Notes under the pieces: generated by a model
What the model saw: only the letters and a program-made list of their open reading frames with translations
Database searches by the model: none
Told to the model about the DNA's origin: nothing
Position numbers and translations under genes: made by a program
From: an uncultured Thermoleophilia bacterium
GTDB lineage: Bacteria > Actinomycetota > Thermoleophilia > UBA2241
Reading direction: 5' to 3'
NCBI GenBank assembly: GCA_963715985.1
Contig: CAVQSP010000013.1
Span: forward strand, 288,001-352,000
DNA length: 64,000 nucleotides
Shown here: in pieces, positions 31,431 to 44,898 of the stretch
Numbering within the stretch: the stretch's first letter is position 1
How the letters are laid out: every line of letters starts with the position of its first letter

Positions 31431-32606
31431 TCAGGGCACCGTGTAAGTGAGTCCGTCGGCGATGTAGCCGGTGAGCTGGTACCCGGCGCCGCCGTTGAGC
31501 TGCTGGTACGTGTAGTCGCCGGGCGACGTGCCGGGCTTCATCGGCTGCCCGGTATACGGGTTGGTCGGCCAGGGGTCGACGTAGGAGGCGATGCCGCCGG
31601 TCTGCGTGACGTCGCCGGGCTCCGGATAGAGGTTGTTGTTGTTGGTGGCCCACGTGATCACACCCACCTGGAGCTTCTGGATACCTGCTACGACCTGCTG
31701 GTCAGCGGCGGTCTGCGACGGGCTGGGGCTGACCGTGGGCGACGAGGAGGGCGAAGCCGTCGGCGAGGAGGACGGCGACGGCGACGCGGTCGGAGTGACC
31801 GGCACCAGCGCCGGCACGCGCTCGAGCGGCACGATGATCGTGGTCCCGTTGGACCCGGTCACGCTCATGGACAGGAGGTCGGCGGTGGAGCCGGGCGTCA
31901 GCCGGACGGCGTACGGGCCGGGGAGCCCCGCGACCGCTTCTTCAGTCTGGAGGTCGAAGGTCAGCTCCTTGCCCTCCTCGGCGGCGGTCGCCGAGCCGAG
32001 GACCTGCACCATGCCGTCGTACACGGTCACCTGGTAGGCGTCGCCGCTCTTCTGCACGACCAGGCCGCCGCCGCTGCCGTCGGTGCGGCCCCAGGCGCCC
32101 ACCCACGCGAAGCCGGTCGTCGGCGTCGGCGAGGGCGTCGGCGACGTGCCGCCGGTGTCGCGGAGGAGGAAGTACCACGCCGCCGCGGCGGCGGCGAGGG
32201 CGAGGATGATGACGATGATCACGATCCACAGCGTGCCCGAACTGCTCTGCCTGGGCGGCCGCGACATCATCAGCGTGGGCTGCGGCCGCGGGGGCGGCGG
32301 GGTCCCGCCCTCGACGCCGCCCGGAGGCACGATGCGCGTGGCGTCCTCCGAGACGCCGGCCATGACGCGGGTGTCGTCCTCGGCCTGGCCGCCCATGACG
32401 CGGGTGGCCTCGTCGGCCGCCGGGGTCACGAGGGTCTCGCCCGCCTCGTCCTCCCCGGCCGCTCCGGCGGCGAAGACGGTGGTCGGCGCGGTGTCCTCGG
32501 GGCTCGGCTCAGGCAGCCCGGCCTCCGCGGCAGCCTCCTCGCCCGCGTCGTGCGGCGGCAGCGCGCCTTCGTCCTGCGGCGTCACGCCCGCGTTCTCGTC
32601 GTCCAT
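31431..32606 (-). CDS. Bitopic membrane protein: acidic Thr-motif N-terminus, beta domain, S/T/P linker, C-terminal WPxNP(Y)T pilin-head-like domain
   Basis: Single TM; PWPTNPYT motif; SD GGAGG. Confidence 0.75.
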   Translation of the reverse strand: MDDENAGVTPQDEGALPPHDAGEEAAAEAGLPEPSPEDTAPTTVFAAGAAGEDEAGETLVTPAADEATRVMGGQAEDDTRVMAGVSEDATRIVPPGGVEGGTPPPPRPQPTLMMSRPPRQSSSGTLWIVIIVIILALAAAAAAWYFLLRDTGGTSPTPSPTPTTGFAWVGAWGRTDGSGGGLVVQKSGDAYQVTVYDGMVQVLGSATAAEEGKELTFDLQTEEAVAGLPGPYAVRLTPGSTADLLSMSVTGSNGTTIIVPLERVPALVPVTPTASPSPSSSPTASPSSSPTVSPSPSQTAADQQVVAGIQKLQVGVITWATNNNNLYPEPGDVTQTGGIASYVDPWPTNPYTGQPMKPGTSPGDYTYQQLNGGAGYQLTGYIADGLTYTVP

Positions 32607-32667
32607 GCTCGTCCTCCCGGCTGGGTGACGTGGGTGAGTGCTCCCGGTGCCCCTCTATTTGTCCCGC

Positions 32668-33989
32668 TCAGGCTGTTCCCTGTTCCACCTGCGCCCAAAG
32701 CTCGAAGAACCCGGGGCAGGTCTTGCGCACGCAGCCGGGATCGTCGATGAGGACGCCCGGCGTACGCAGGCCGAGGACGGCGAACGCCATGGCGATGCGG
32801 TGGTCGCCGTGCGGGTCCACGTGGCCGCCGTGCGGGGCCCCGGGGAACACGCGGAGGTAGTCCGCGCCGGACTCGGTGCGCACGCCAAGGGCGATGCAGG
32901 TTGGCCTCCATGGCGGCGATGCGGTCCGATTCCTTGAGGCGCACGTTGGCGATGCCGGTCACGGTGACCGGGGAGGTGGCGTAGGGCGCCAGGGCCGCCA
33001 GCGTCATGAACGTGTCGGAGATGTCGCTCATGTCCACGGTGAGGCCGGCGGGCGGAGCGGCGCCGGCCGGGCCCGCGACCGCGAGGCCGTCCGGGCCGTC
33101 GGCGACGGCGCAGCCCATCGCCTCCAGCACGTCCAGAAAGCGCACGTCGCCCTGCAGCGCGCCGTGACGGCGCAGGCCGGGCACGCGCACCCGCCCCCCG
33201 GTGACGGCCGCGGCGGCGAAGAAGTAGGAGGCCGTGGAGGCGTCCGGCTCGACCTCGTAGCAGCGCGCGCCGTAGGTGCCCGGTGTGACACGGAAGAAGC
33301 TGTGTCCATCCTGGTCCACCGCGGCGCCGAAGGCGGCCATCATGCGGAGGGTCATGTCCACATACGGCCTGCTGACGAGCCCGTCCACGGTGAGCTCGAG
33401 GGCGTTCCGCGCCGAGCGGCGCCGCCATGAGCAGCGCCGAGACGAATTGGCTCGAGGTGTCGCCGGGCAGCCTGAGGGCGCCGCCGTCGAGCCCGCTCGC
33501 CCGCAGCTCCAGGGGCAGGTGCTCGGCCTCGGCCGGCTCAGTGCGCGCGCCCTGGGCACGGAGCGCGTCGAGCAGTTGGGCGAGCGGGCGCCGGCGCAAC
33601 TGCGCCGAGGCGTCGAAGCGGTACGTGCCGGACCCGGCGGCGCATGCCGCCAGCAGGAAGCGGGCGGCCGTGCCGGCGTCGGCGCAGTACACGTCCGCCT
33701 GGGCGGCCGGGACCCGGCCCCCGCCGCCGTCCACGCGCCACACGGCGGCGCCGGCCTCGTGTACGGCGAAGCCGAGTGCCCGCAGCCCGTCCGCGAACGC
33801 CAGTGTGTCGTCGGCGCTGAGTACGCCGCGCAACTCGGAGGTGCCCTTCGCCAGCGCGGCCAGCAGCAGCGCCCTGTTGGTCACGCTCTTGGAGCCGGGT
33901 ACGCGGACGGTGACGTCGAGGTCGCGGCGCGCCGGGCGGATGAGCCGGGGCGGAAGCTGGTCCTCGAACCTGTCGGCGGGCGCGTCCAT
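32668..33989 (-). CDS. aroA: EPSP synthase (frameshifts near 33410 and 32890)
   Basis: PGSKSVTNRAL, AGTAARF, SSQFVSAL, RLKESDRI, DHRIAMAF. Confidence 0.9.
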
Positions 33990-33996
33990 GTGCCGC

Positions 33997-34941
33997 TCAG
34001 CCTCTGAGGTCCTTGGCGTAGAGCTCGTAGGTGAAGGTGACGTGCATGCCCGCCTGCTCGTACAGGAGCAGCGGCTGGGTGGCGCCCTTCGCATCCACGC
34101 CCAGCTCCACGCGGAGCTGGCCCCTGGCGGCGAGCTGCGCGAAGGCGTCCGTGAGCAGCGCCCTGCCCAGGCCGCGCCGCCGCCAGGCGCTCCGCACGCC
34201 CACACCCTGCACCCACGCCAGGTCGCCGTGGTCGTAGGCGATCAGCCCCCCGGCGGCCTCGTCGCCGTCCCACGCCAGGGCCCACAGGTCCGGGTCGAAG
34301 TCGGCGTGGCCCATGAGGCGCTGCTTCCACGCCTCGAACGGCTCCTCGCTCTGGCGGAAGTGATCCGTGAAGGCGTCGTTCATCGTGTCGCGCATCGCTG
34401 CCGCGTCGTCGGCGGCGCGGAAGCGGCGGATCTCGATGCCCTCGGGCACCGGCGCCGGCTCCACCTCGCCGGTGAGGTCGATGGCCATGCGGTAGACGGT
34501 GCGGCGCAGCTCGTAGCCGCGGCGCCGCAACAGGTCGCGCTTGCGGTGGTCCACGCCGATGCAGAAGATGTCCAGCGAGGCGGACGCGTAGCCGCGCTCG
34601 CCGGCCAGCACCCGGGCGCGGCGCTCCGTGAGCGCCAGCAGCCTGTCGGCGAGCTCCGGTTCGGCATGCTCGGGATGCACCCACACGTCCGCCTCGAGCT
34701 CGCCGGTCCGGTGCTGGTCGCCGGCGTATGCGTAGCCTACCGGCAGGCCCCCTTTCACCTCGGCGAGCCACGTGTCGCGCCCCATGTCGAAGCCGCTCAT
34801 GTTCCAGTCCGTCTCCACGTCGGCCGCGGCTGTGTCGGGGGCGCCGGTGAGGGCCACGTCGCAGGCGTTGAGCAGGTCGACGACCTCGGGGAGGTCGCCG
34901 CGCGTGGCGGGGCGGATGTGGCTGGGGCCGGCGCTCGTCAT
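33997..34941 (-). CDS. Tandem GNAT acetyltransferase
   Basis: VHPEH; GVRSAWRRRGLGRALL; LYEQAGM. Confidence 0.85.
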   Translation of the reverse strand: MTSAGPSHIRPATRGDLPEVVDLLNACDVALTGAPDTAAADVETDWNMSGFDMGRDTWLAEVKGGLPVGYAYAGDQHRTGELEADVWVHPEHAEPELADRLLALTERRARVLAGERGYASASLDIFCIGVDHRKRDLLRRRGYELRRTVYRMAIDLTGEVEPAPVPEGIEIRRFRAADDAAAMRDTMNDAFTDHFRQSEEPFEAWKQRLMGHADFDPDLWALAWDGDEAAGGLIAYDHGDLAWVQGVGVRSAWRRRGLGRALLTDAFAQLAARGQLRVELGVDAKGATQPLLLYEQAGMHVTFTYELYAKDLRG

Positions 34942-34946
34942 GAGCC

Positions 34947-35525
34947 TCAGTCTACCTTGGTGAGCACGATGGAACGCTCCGCGAGGCTGACCTTGATGAC
35001 CCCGATGAACGTTCCCTCCACGGTCAGCGTGAGGTGCGCGGCGTCGCGGCGTGCGAACACCAGACGGAAGTCCCTGACGATGGCCGCGAACGTGTCGCGC
35101 ACCTGCATGGCCGTGGCGGCGTCGCCCGCGGCCGCGGCGAAGTCGTCGGCCGTCACCACCAGGTCCTCGCCGTCCTTGTGCGCGGCGACGGTGAAGGTCT
35201 GCGCGACGCCGGAGGCGTCCTTGCCTGTGAACGTCGCCTCGATGTGACGCCCGGGCCCGCTGATGACGACCCGGCTGATGGGCGACTCCGTGGCCGCCCA
35301 CGTGCCGGCAAACGGGTTGCCCGTGTCGCGCAGCAGGAAGAACCACAGGCCGAAGACGACGACCGCGGCCACGGCGACCGCGACCCAGGCCCAGCGCGGT
35401 ACCCTCAGTGCGGGCCCGCGCGGGCCGGGCGCGCGCCCTGCCGCCGCCTTGAGCGGCGGTGCCGGCGCGCCCGGCGGCTCCAGTGGCCGGAACTGCCCGC
35501 CGCCCTGCCCGCTGCCCTCGGTCAC
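34947..35525 (-). CDS. Membrane-anchored hypothetical protein
   Basis: One TM ending WFFLLRDTG, followed by a beta-rich domain. Confidence 0.65.
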   Translation of the reverse strand: MTEGSGQGGGQFRPLEPPGAPAPPLKAAAGRAPGPRGPALRVPRWAWVAVAVAAVVVFGLWFFLLRDTGNPFAGTWAATESPISRVVISGPGRHIEATFTGKDASGVAQTFTVAAHKDGEDLVVTADDFAAAAGDAATAMQVRDTFAAIVRDFRLVFARRDAAHLTLTVEGTFIGVIKVSLAERSIVLTKVD

Positions 35526-35690
35526 GATCGCTCCTCTCCCGGTCGCCGGGATCGCTCACGCCTCACCGGTCACCCCCGGGTCTTCCCGCCGTATGGCCGC
35601 GCGACGCGGCGCCACCGTGACTGATACTCCCCGGTACGGGGAATCTCCCGCGCAGTATGGGTCGGCCGCGCGAGCGGGTGAGGAGGCGCG

Positions 35691-35951
35691 ATGAACATCG
35701 GCAGGTGCCCCGGACAGGACCGCATCAACTGGACCGCCGACGACATCTTCGACATCGAGTGCCCCAAGTGCGGCGGGGCCATCGAGTACTTCAAGGACGA
35801 CCAGCGGCGCAAGTGCCCCCACTGCGGCGCAGTGGTGCAGAACCCGCGCTTCGACAACGGCTGCGCCAAGTGGTGCGCTGCCGCGGAAAACTGCTCGATC
35901 ATGCGCGGCGTCCTGCTGGAAGAACCCGCCGAGGACGCCCCGCCGTCCTGA
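35691..35951 (+). CDS. Small Cys-rich zinc-ribbon protein
   Basis: CPGQD...CPKCG...CPHCG...GCAKWC...C; SD GAGGAGG. Confidence 0.8.
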   Translation: MNIGRCPGQDRINWTADDIFDIECPKCGGAIEYFKDDQRRKCPHCGAVVQNPRFDNGCAKWCAAAENCSIMRGVLLEEPAEDAPPS

Positions 35952-35990
35952 CGGAGCGCTCGCCGGCCCGGCGCCGGCAGCGGCCGCGCG

Positions 35991-37292
35991 TCAGAACTCC
36001 AGCTTCTCCAGCCGGCCGAAGATCACGTCGCGGCCGGCCCGGTACTGGTCCGGGTCCATCGCCGCGTCCACTTCGGCCGCCGTGAGCACCGCCATGACCT
36101 CGGCGTCGGCCTTGACGAGGTCGCCGAAGTCCACGCCCTCGCGCCAGGCGCGCATCGCCGAGTCCTGCACCACGCGGTAGGCGTCCTCGCGCAGCATGCC
36201 CTTGTCCACGAGGGCCAGCAGGACGGCCCCGCTGAACACGAGGCGGTAGCTCAGGCCCAGGTTGGCGAGCATGCGGTCCTCGTCGACGACCAGGGAATCG
36301 ACGAGCTTCGTGAACTTCTGCAGCATGTAGTCGAGCAGGATGCAGGAGTCCGGCAGCACGATGCGCTCTGCCGAGCTGTGGCTGATGTCCCGTTCGTGCC
36401 ACAGCGCCATGTTCTCCATGCCCACCACGGCGTTGCCGCGCAGCACGCGGGCGCAGCCGGCCATGCGCTCGCTGAGGATGGGGTTCCTCTTGTGGGGCAT
36501 GGCCGAGGACCCTTTCTGGCCCTTGCCGAACGCCTCCTCGGCCTCGCGCACCTCGGAGCGCTGCAGGTGCCGCACCTCGGTGGCGAACTTCTCGATGCTG
36601 GAGCCGATGATGGCGATGGCGCAGAGGAAGGCGGCGTGGCGGTCGCGCTGCACCACCTGGTTGCTGATGGGCTCGCGGCCCAGACCGAGCTCCTCGCAGA
36701 CGAGGTCCTCCACGCGAGGGTCGATGTTGTTGTACGCGCCCACCGCGCCGCTGACCTTGCCGACGCCGGCGTTCACCGTGACGATGCGCATGCGCTTGAG
36801 GTGACGGGAGACCTCGAAGGCCCACATGCCCAGCTTCATGCCGAAGGTGATGGGCTCCGCGTGGATGCCGTGCGTACGGCCCACCTGCACGGTGTCGCGG
36901 AACTCGAAGGCGCGCCGCTTGAGCACCTCCCCCAGCGCGACGAGATCGCGCTCCAGGAGGTGCCCGGAGCGCTTGATCTGCAGCGCCAGCGCCGTGTCGA
37001 GCATGTCGCTGCTGGTCATGCCGTAGTGCACGTACTTGCTGGCGTCGCCCACGTACTCGGCCACGTTGGTCAGAAAGGCGATGACGTCGTGGTTGGTGGT
37101 CGCCTCGATCTCGTTGACGCGGGCCACGTCGAAGGAGGCCTTCTCGACGATCTCCGTCACGGCCTTGTCCGGCACCTTGCCGAGCTTGTTCCACGCTTTG
37201 ACGGCGGCGATCTCGACGTCGAGCCAGGCCTGCATCTTGGCCTCTTCGGTCCAGATGCCGCCCATCTCCGGCAGGGTGTAGCGCTCGATCAT
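35991..37292 (-). CDS. purB: Adenylosuccinate lyase
   Basis: MIERY, HDVIAF, GRTHGIHAEP, SSAMPHKRNP. Confidence 0.97.
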   Translation of the reverse strand: MIERYTLPEMGGIWTEEAKMQAWLDVEIAAVKAWNKLGKVPDKAVTEIVEKASFDVARVNEIEATTNHDVIAFLTNVAEYVGDASKYVHYGMTSSDMLDTALALQIKRSGHLLERDLVALGEVLKRRAFEFRDTVQVGRTHGIHAEPITFGMKLGMWAFEVSRHLKRMRIVTVNAGVGKVSGAVGAYNNIDPRVEDLVCEELGLGREPISNQVVQRDRHAAFLCAIAIIGSSIEKFATEVRHLQRSEVREAEEAFGKGQKGSSAMPHKRNPILSERMAGCARVLRGNAVVGMENMALWHERDISHSSAERIVLPDSCILLDYMLQKFTKLVDSLVVDEDRMLANLGLSYRLVFSGAVLLALVDKGMLREDAYRVVQDSAMRAWREGVDFGDLVKADAEVMAVLTAAEVDAAMDPDQYRAGRDVIFGRLEKLEF

Positions 37293-37426
37293 GAGATGCC
37301 TCCGTGGTCGTGACGGCCCGATTCTCTCACACGGCAACAGGTGGGCCGGGTCTGTCGCGAAGGGAAGGGTATCGCTAGGATGGACGTACCGATCGGGTGG
37401 CGCCAAGCGAGGGAAGGGGACGGGTC

Positions 37427-37708
37427 ATGGCGACCGACGAGGAGATCCGCCAGGAGGCCATCAAGGCCGTCAAGAAGAAGCGCGACTTCAAGGGGCATCT
37501 GGTCGCCTACGCCATCGTCAACGCCTTTCTCGTGGTCGTCTGGTACTTCACCGGTGCAGGCTACTTCTGGCCGATCTGGGTGATGGGCGGCTGGGGTATC
37601 GGCGTCGCCTTCAACGCGTGGGACGCGTACGGGCGTAGCAGCGGCGCCATCAGCGAGGCCGAGATCCAGCGCGAGATAGACCGGCAGAAGGGCGCCGGCG
37701 GCGCCTGA
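37427..37708 (+). CDS. 2TM-domain protein
   Basis: FKGHLVAY..VN...WPIW..GGWGIG. Confidence 0.85.
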   Translation: MATDEEIRQEAIKAVKKKRDFKGHLVAYAIVNAFLVVVWYFTGAGYFWPIWVMGGWGIGVAFNAWDAYGRSSGAISEAEIQREIDRQKGAGGA

Positions 37709-37763
37709 GGGGCGCCGCCCTGCCGCACCGTCCCCTGGACTCGCACCGCGCCGGTGGCCCGGG

Positions 37764-38141
37764 TCAGCGGACGGCGATGGCCTCGATCTCGACGCGCACG
37801 TCCTTGGGCAGCCGCGCCACCTGGACGGTGGAGCGCGCCGGGTACGGCTCGGCGAAGAACTCGGCGTACACCTCGTTGACGGCGGCGAAGTCGTCCATGT
37901 CCTTGAGGAAGATGGTGGTCTTGACCACGTCGTCCATACGCAGGCCGGCGGCGGCCAGCGTCACGCGCATGTTCTCGAGCGCCTTGCGTGTCTGGTCTTT
38001 GGGCGTGAAGCCGACGATCCTGCCGTCGTGATCAAGCGGGATCTGGCCGGAGAGGAAGACGAACTCGCCGACGCCGACGGCCGGGGAGTATGGGCCGACG
38101 GCGGGGGCGCCGTCGGGCGCTGCGAACACGTTCTTCTGCAT
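37764..38141 (-). CDS. RidA family enamine/imine deaminase
   Basis: GPYSPA, SGQIP, PARSTVQVARLP..VEIE. Confidence 0.92.
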   Translation of the reverse strand: MQKNVFAAPDGAPAVGPYSPAVGVGEFVFLSGQIPLDHDGRIVGFTPKDQTRKALENMRVTLAAAGLRMDDVVKTTIFLKDMDDFAAVNEVYAEFFAEPYPARSTVQVARLPKDVRVEIEAIAVR

Positions 38142-38166
38142 CGCGGGACGTCCTTTCTGGAGAGGG

Positions 38167-38283
38167 TCAGGTGAAGAGCGCGCGGATGGCCACGTACGCG
38201 ATGAGCACGGCCATCACGAGGACGGCCAGGTAGATGAAGGTGGAGACCGTCCTGGGGTTCGGGGGGCGATAGTCGCGAGGCAT
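38167..38283 (-). CDS. Small single-TM protein (38 aa)
   Basis: MPRDYRPPNPRTVSTFIYLAVLVMAVLIAYVAIRALFT; fills the gap between the two Rid genes. Confidence 0.5.
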   Translation of the reverse strand: MPRDYRPPNPRTVSTFIYLAVLVMAVLIAYVAIRALFT

Positions 38284-38287
38284 CGGC

Positions 38288-38668
38288 TCAGTAGCGCACG
38301 GCCACGGCCGTCACCTGCAGGCGCGCCCCCCCGGGCAGCCAGGCAGCCCCTGCGACCGTGCGTGCAGGATACGGTTCGGTGAAGTACTCGCGGCAGACCT
38401 CGTCCACGGCGTCAAGGTCGGAGGGGTCGACGAGATCGATGGTGAGCGCAGCCACGGTGTCGAGCCCGAGGCCGGTGGCGCGCAGCTGATGCGCGAGGTT
38501 GTCGAGGGCGCGGCGGGCCTGCTCGGCGGCCGAGCCGCCGGGCACGTGACCGCGCCCGTCCGCGGGCAGCTGAGCCGAGACGAAGACGAGGCGCCCCGCG
38601 GAGACGGCCGCCGAAGCGGGGCCGTCGGGCGGTGGGGCGAGCGCGGATCTGAAACCGTGAAGTGTCAT
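38288..38668 (-). CDS. Second, divergent Rid family protein
   Basis: FVSAQLP, YPARTV; terminal Glu motif replaced (LQVTAVA). Confidence 0.75.
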   Translation of the reverse strand: MTLHGFRSALAPPPDGPASAAVSAGRLVFVSAQLPADGRGHVPGGSAAEQARRALDNLAHQLRATGLGLDTVAALTIDLVDPSDLDAVDEVCREYFTEPYPARTVAGAAWLPGGARLQVTAVAVRY

Positions 38669-38766
38669 GTGCATAGTCTTCCCCGTGGGGGACAAGGCAG
38701 CGACACGGCGGGGCTGCGGCGCCTGAGCGGCGCTCCGCGCGCCGCGACGTCGGCCTCCGGCGGCCC

Positions 38767-39216
38767 TCAGACGTCGAGGATGCGGGCCGCGAGGATCGCC
38801 GCGTTGCGGGCGCCGTTGATGGCCACGCACGCCACCGGCACGCCCGGCGGCATCTGCACGATGCTCAGCAGCGAGTCGAGGCCGCCCAGGTCGCTGGTCT
38901 TGATGGGCACGCCGATGACCGGCACGTTGGTGTACGAGGCCAGCACGCCGGGCAGGGCCGCGGCCTTGCCGGCGCCGCCGATCAGCACCTTGATGCCGCG
39001 GGACTGGGCCGTGCGCGCGTAGTGCGCCACCTTGTCGGGGTCGCGGTGGGCCGAGAGCACGTTCACTTCGTACCTGATCTTGCGCCCGTCCAGCTCCTTG
39101 CAGGCTGCCTCCATCACCTCGCGGTCGCTCTCGCTGCCCATGACGATGCCCACCAGCACGGGGTCCATGTCGATGCCCTGCAGGATCGTCTCGACCTCGG
39201 TCTTTACCTCTTCCAC
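38767..39216 (-). CDS. purE: N5-CAIR mutase
   Basis: [27 protein letters not shown]. Confidence 0.95.
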   Translation of the reverse strand: MEEVKTEVETILQGIDMDPVLVGIVMGSESDREVMEAACKELDGRKIRYEVNVLSAHRDPDKVAHYARTAQSRGIKVLIGGAGKAAALPGVLASYTNVPVIGVPIKTSDLGGLDSLLSIVQMPPGVPVACVAINGARNAAILAARILDV

Positions 39217-39228
39217 CTCGGGCTCCTC

Positions 39229-40546
39229 TCACTTCACCGGCGGTGCCGGGAACAGATCGAGCTCGCCGGCCTGCGCCTTCACGGCGCGCTCGGCGATGTC
39301 GCGACGGACCTGCATGCCGTCGAAGCTGATGAGGCCGGCGGCCTCGTAGGCGCGTGCGCGGGCGGCGGCGAAGCCCTCGCCCAGCGCGCTGACGGCGAGC
39401 ACGCGCCCGCCGGCGGTGACCACGTCACCGCCACTGAGCGCCGTGCCGGCGTGGTACACGGTGACGTCGTCGAGCGCCGCGGCGCCGGCCAGCCCGCTGA
39501 TGATGTCACCCCTGTGGCTGCTCGCCGGATACCCGGCCGACGCCATCACCACGGTGACGCACTCGCGGGGCTTCCAGGTCGGCGCGCACGCCGGCCAGCT
39601 CGCCGGACGCGGCCGCGGCGCAGAGCTCGAGCAGGTCGCTGTCCAGGCGCGGAAGCACCGCCTGGGTCTCCGGGTCGCCGAAGCGGCAGTTGAACTCGAG
39701 CACTTTGACGCCGGCGGAGGTGACGATGAGGCCGGCGTACATCACGCCACGGAAGCGGATGCCGCGCTCGCGCAGGGCGGCCATGGTCGGCTCGACGACC
39801 TGCGCCATGGCCGCGTCCACGGCCGCCGTCTCGAACCCGGGCACCGGGCAGTAGCTGCCCATGCCGCCGGTGTTGGGGCCCTGGTCGCCGGCGAAGATGC
39901 GCTTGTAGTCCTGCGCCGGCGCCAGCGGCACGGCGTTGACGCCGTCGCAGAGCACCAGCAGCGACACCTCAGAGCCCTGGAGGTACTCCTCGATGATCAC
40001 CACGTCGCCGGCGTCGCCGAAGGCGTGCTCGACGAAGCAGCTCTCCACGGCCGCACGGGCGGCCTCGTAGTCCTCGCAGATCATCACGCCCTTGCCGGCG
40101 GCGAGCCCGTCGGCCTTCACGACCAGCGGGTAGGTGTCGCGCGAGGCGAGGTGCTCCAGCGCGGGGGCGAGGGCTTCGTGACGGCTGTACAGCCCGGTGG
40201 CCACGTGGCCGGCGCGCATCACCTCTTTGGCGAACACCTTGCTGCCCTCGAGTTGCGCGCCCTCCAGGGACGGGCCGAAGACGGCGAGCCCGTGCTCCTC
40301 GAAGAGGTCGGTGATACCGGCCACCAGCGGGGCCTCCGGCCCCACCACGGTGAGGTCCACCTGCTCGCGGCTGGCGAAGTCCAGCAGCGCCGGCAGGTCC
40401 TCCGAGCCGAGGGGGATGTTGTCCGCCTCGGCGGCCGTGCCCGCGTTGCCCGGGGCACAGAAGATGCGCTCGGCCAGAGGCGAGCGGGCGAATGAGTGGA
40501 CGAGGGCGTGCTCCCGTCCGCCGCCGCCGACAACGAGCACGCGCAT
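39229..40546 (-). CDS. purD: Phosphoribosylamine--glycine ligase (frameshift near 39580)
   Basis: GGGGREHA, KADGLAAGKG, GPNTGGMG, RFGDPETQ; YHAGT, GGRVL in second frame. Confidence 0.93.
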
Positions 40547-40694
40547 GTGCCCTCCCGTGAGTGGTCTGGAGTAGCGCCGGGAGGCGCTGGCGCCGCCCGG
40601 CCGTTCGCTGGCAGTCTACCCGCGCGGGGCGCGCTTGGGGAGGGGCCGTCTCAGCACGCGCCGCGGCCGCCCGCCCCGCCCCGCCGTCGGCGCG

Positions 40695-43453
<2,759 letters not shown>

Positions 43454-43608
43454 GGGCATCTGGGGGGAGGTCGGGCGAAGGGCAGAAGGAGGTTCCCTCT
43501 TCGGGATGATAGCCGGGCCGCGAACCCATGACAAACACGGCGCGTCTCGAAGACCGAGGACGTCCCGCCGCTGGGCGGCGGTGGTCCGAGATGACTGCGG
43601 AGGACGAG

Positions 43609-44052
43609 ATGAGGATCGAGGCGACAAGGCATGCGGCGGGGTGGGTCGCCGCGCTCGCGGTCGCGGCGGTGGCGGTGAGCCTTCTTGCCGGCTGCGGGGG
43701 CGGCGGCAGCGAGGCGACGAGCACCCCGAAGACCATCGAGCTCACCAAGGTGGAGACCGGTACGACCCTCGACGCGAACGTCGGCGACACCGTGGTCATG
43801 CACCTGGACGCCAACGCCACCACCGGCTACTCGTGGGAGTTCACGGCCGGCGATACGTTCACCATCGAGACCAACGACTACGTCCCGGACCCCAATCCCT
43901 CCGGCCTGGCGGGGAAGGGCGGTACGCAGGTGGTCAAGCTCAAGGTCACCAAGGCCGGGCAGTCCGACCTCACGGGCACCTACCGGCACCAGTGGGAGAC
44001 GCCGTCGCCGGACGCCGCGCCCGACTTCACGATGACGATCGTCAGTAAGTAA
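43609..44052 (+). CDS. Chagasin/I42 protease-inhibitor family lipoprotein
   Basis: Lipobox LAGC; NATTGYSW, GKGG, YRHQWE. Confidence 0.85.
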   Translation: MRIEATRHAAGWVAALAVAAVAVSLLAGCGGGGSEATSTPKTIELTKVETGTTLDANVGDTVVMHLDANATTGYSWEFTAGDTFTIETNDYVPDPNPSGLAGKGGTQVVKLKVTKAGQSDLTGTYRHQWETPSPDAAPDFTMTIVSK

Positions 44053-44293
44053 GGGTCTGAGCCCCGCGGCCGAAGGGCCTCGGGGCGCAGATGCCCCGGT
44101 CACGGGTGGGGCGGGCGGCTCGGCCGGCCCAGCGGAGCCGCCCGCCGCGCCCGGGGCCAACGTCCCGGCGCACGCGGCCGCCCGCCAACCCCACGGGCGG
44201 GCGGCCGTTCTCCCTCCTTCCCACGGCCGTCTTGTCTCGGCGCCGCGCTGCGGGTAGCCTCCAGCCGGCACCGACCCCGACCGTGAGGTGAGC

Positions 44294-44797
44294 ATGTCCG
44301 ACCCGGTCTTCAGCCGCCGCAGCATCCGCAGCTACACCGACGAGGCCGTGTCCGAGCAGGACGTGGAGCGCCTGTTGCGCGCCGCCATGGCGGCGCCCTC
44401 CGCCGGCAACCAGCAGCCGTGGACCTTCGTCGTGGTGCGGGAACGCGCGACGCTGGACGCCGTCCCCGGGTTCCACCCGTACGCGGCCATGATGCCCAAG
44501 GCCCCCGCGGCCATCGTGGTCTGCGGCCACCCTGGAGGCTGCAAGTGGCCGCAGATGTGGGTCCAGGACTGCTCCGCGGCCACCGAGAACATCCTCGTCG
44601 AGGCCGCGGCGCTCGGCCTGGGTGCCGTCTGGCTCGGTGTGCACCCTCTGGAGGAGCGCGAGCGCGGCGCCCGCGCGCTTCTCGGCATCCCCGACCACAT
44701 CGTGCCGTTCGCCATCGTCCCCGTCGGTCACCCGGCGGAGCGCAAGGAGCCTTCGGACCGGTACGACCCGGCCCGGGTGCATCTCGAGCGCTGGTGA
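44294..44797 (+). CDS. Nitroreductase family protein
   Basis: RRSIRSY, APSAGNQQPW, DCSAATEN. Confidence 0.92.
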   Translation: MSDPVFSRRSIRSYTDEAVSEQDVERLLRAAMAAPSAGNQQPWTFVVVRERATLDAVPGFHPYAAMMPKAPAAIVVCGHPGGCKWPQMWVQDCSAATENILVEAAALGLGAVWLGVHPLEERERGARALLGIPDHIVPFAIVPVGHPAERKEPSDRYDPARVHLERW

Positions 44798-44898
44798 AGC
44801 GGCCGGCGGCGCCGCGGCGCGGCCGCCTCCCAACGGTGTAGCCTCGAGGTCCGCGGGTAGGCACAAGATGTCGGCGAATCGCGGATCGGAGGCCAGCT

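Noticed and set aside
32668-40546. Programmed frameshifting in aroA or purD
   Set aside because: No evident slippery sites; indels are scattered across unrelated genes
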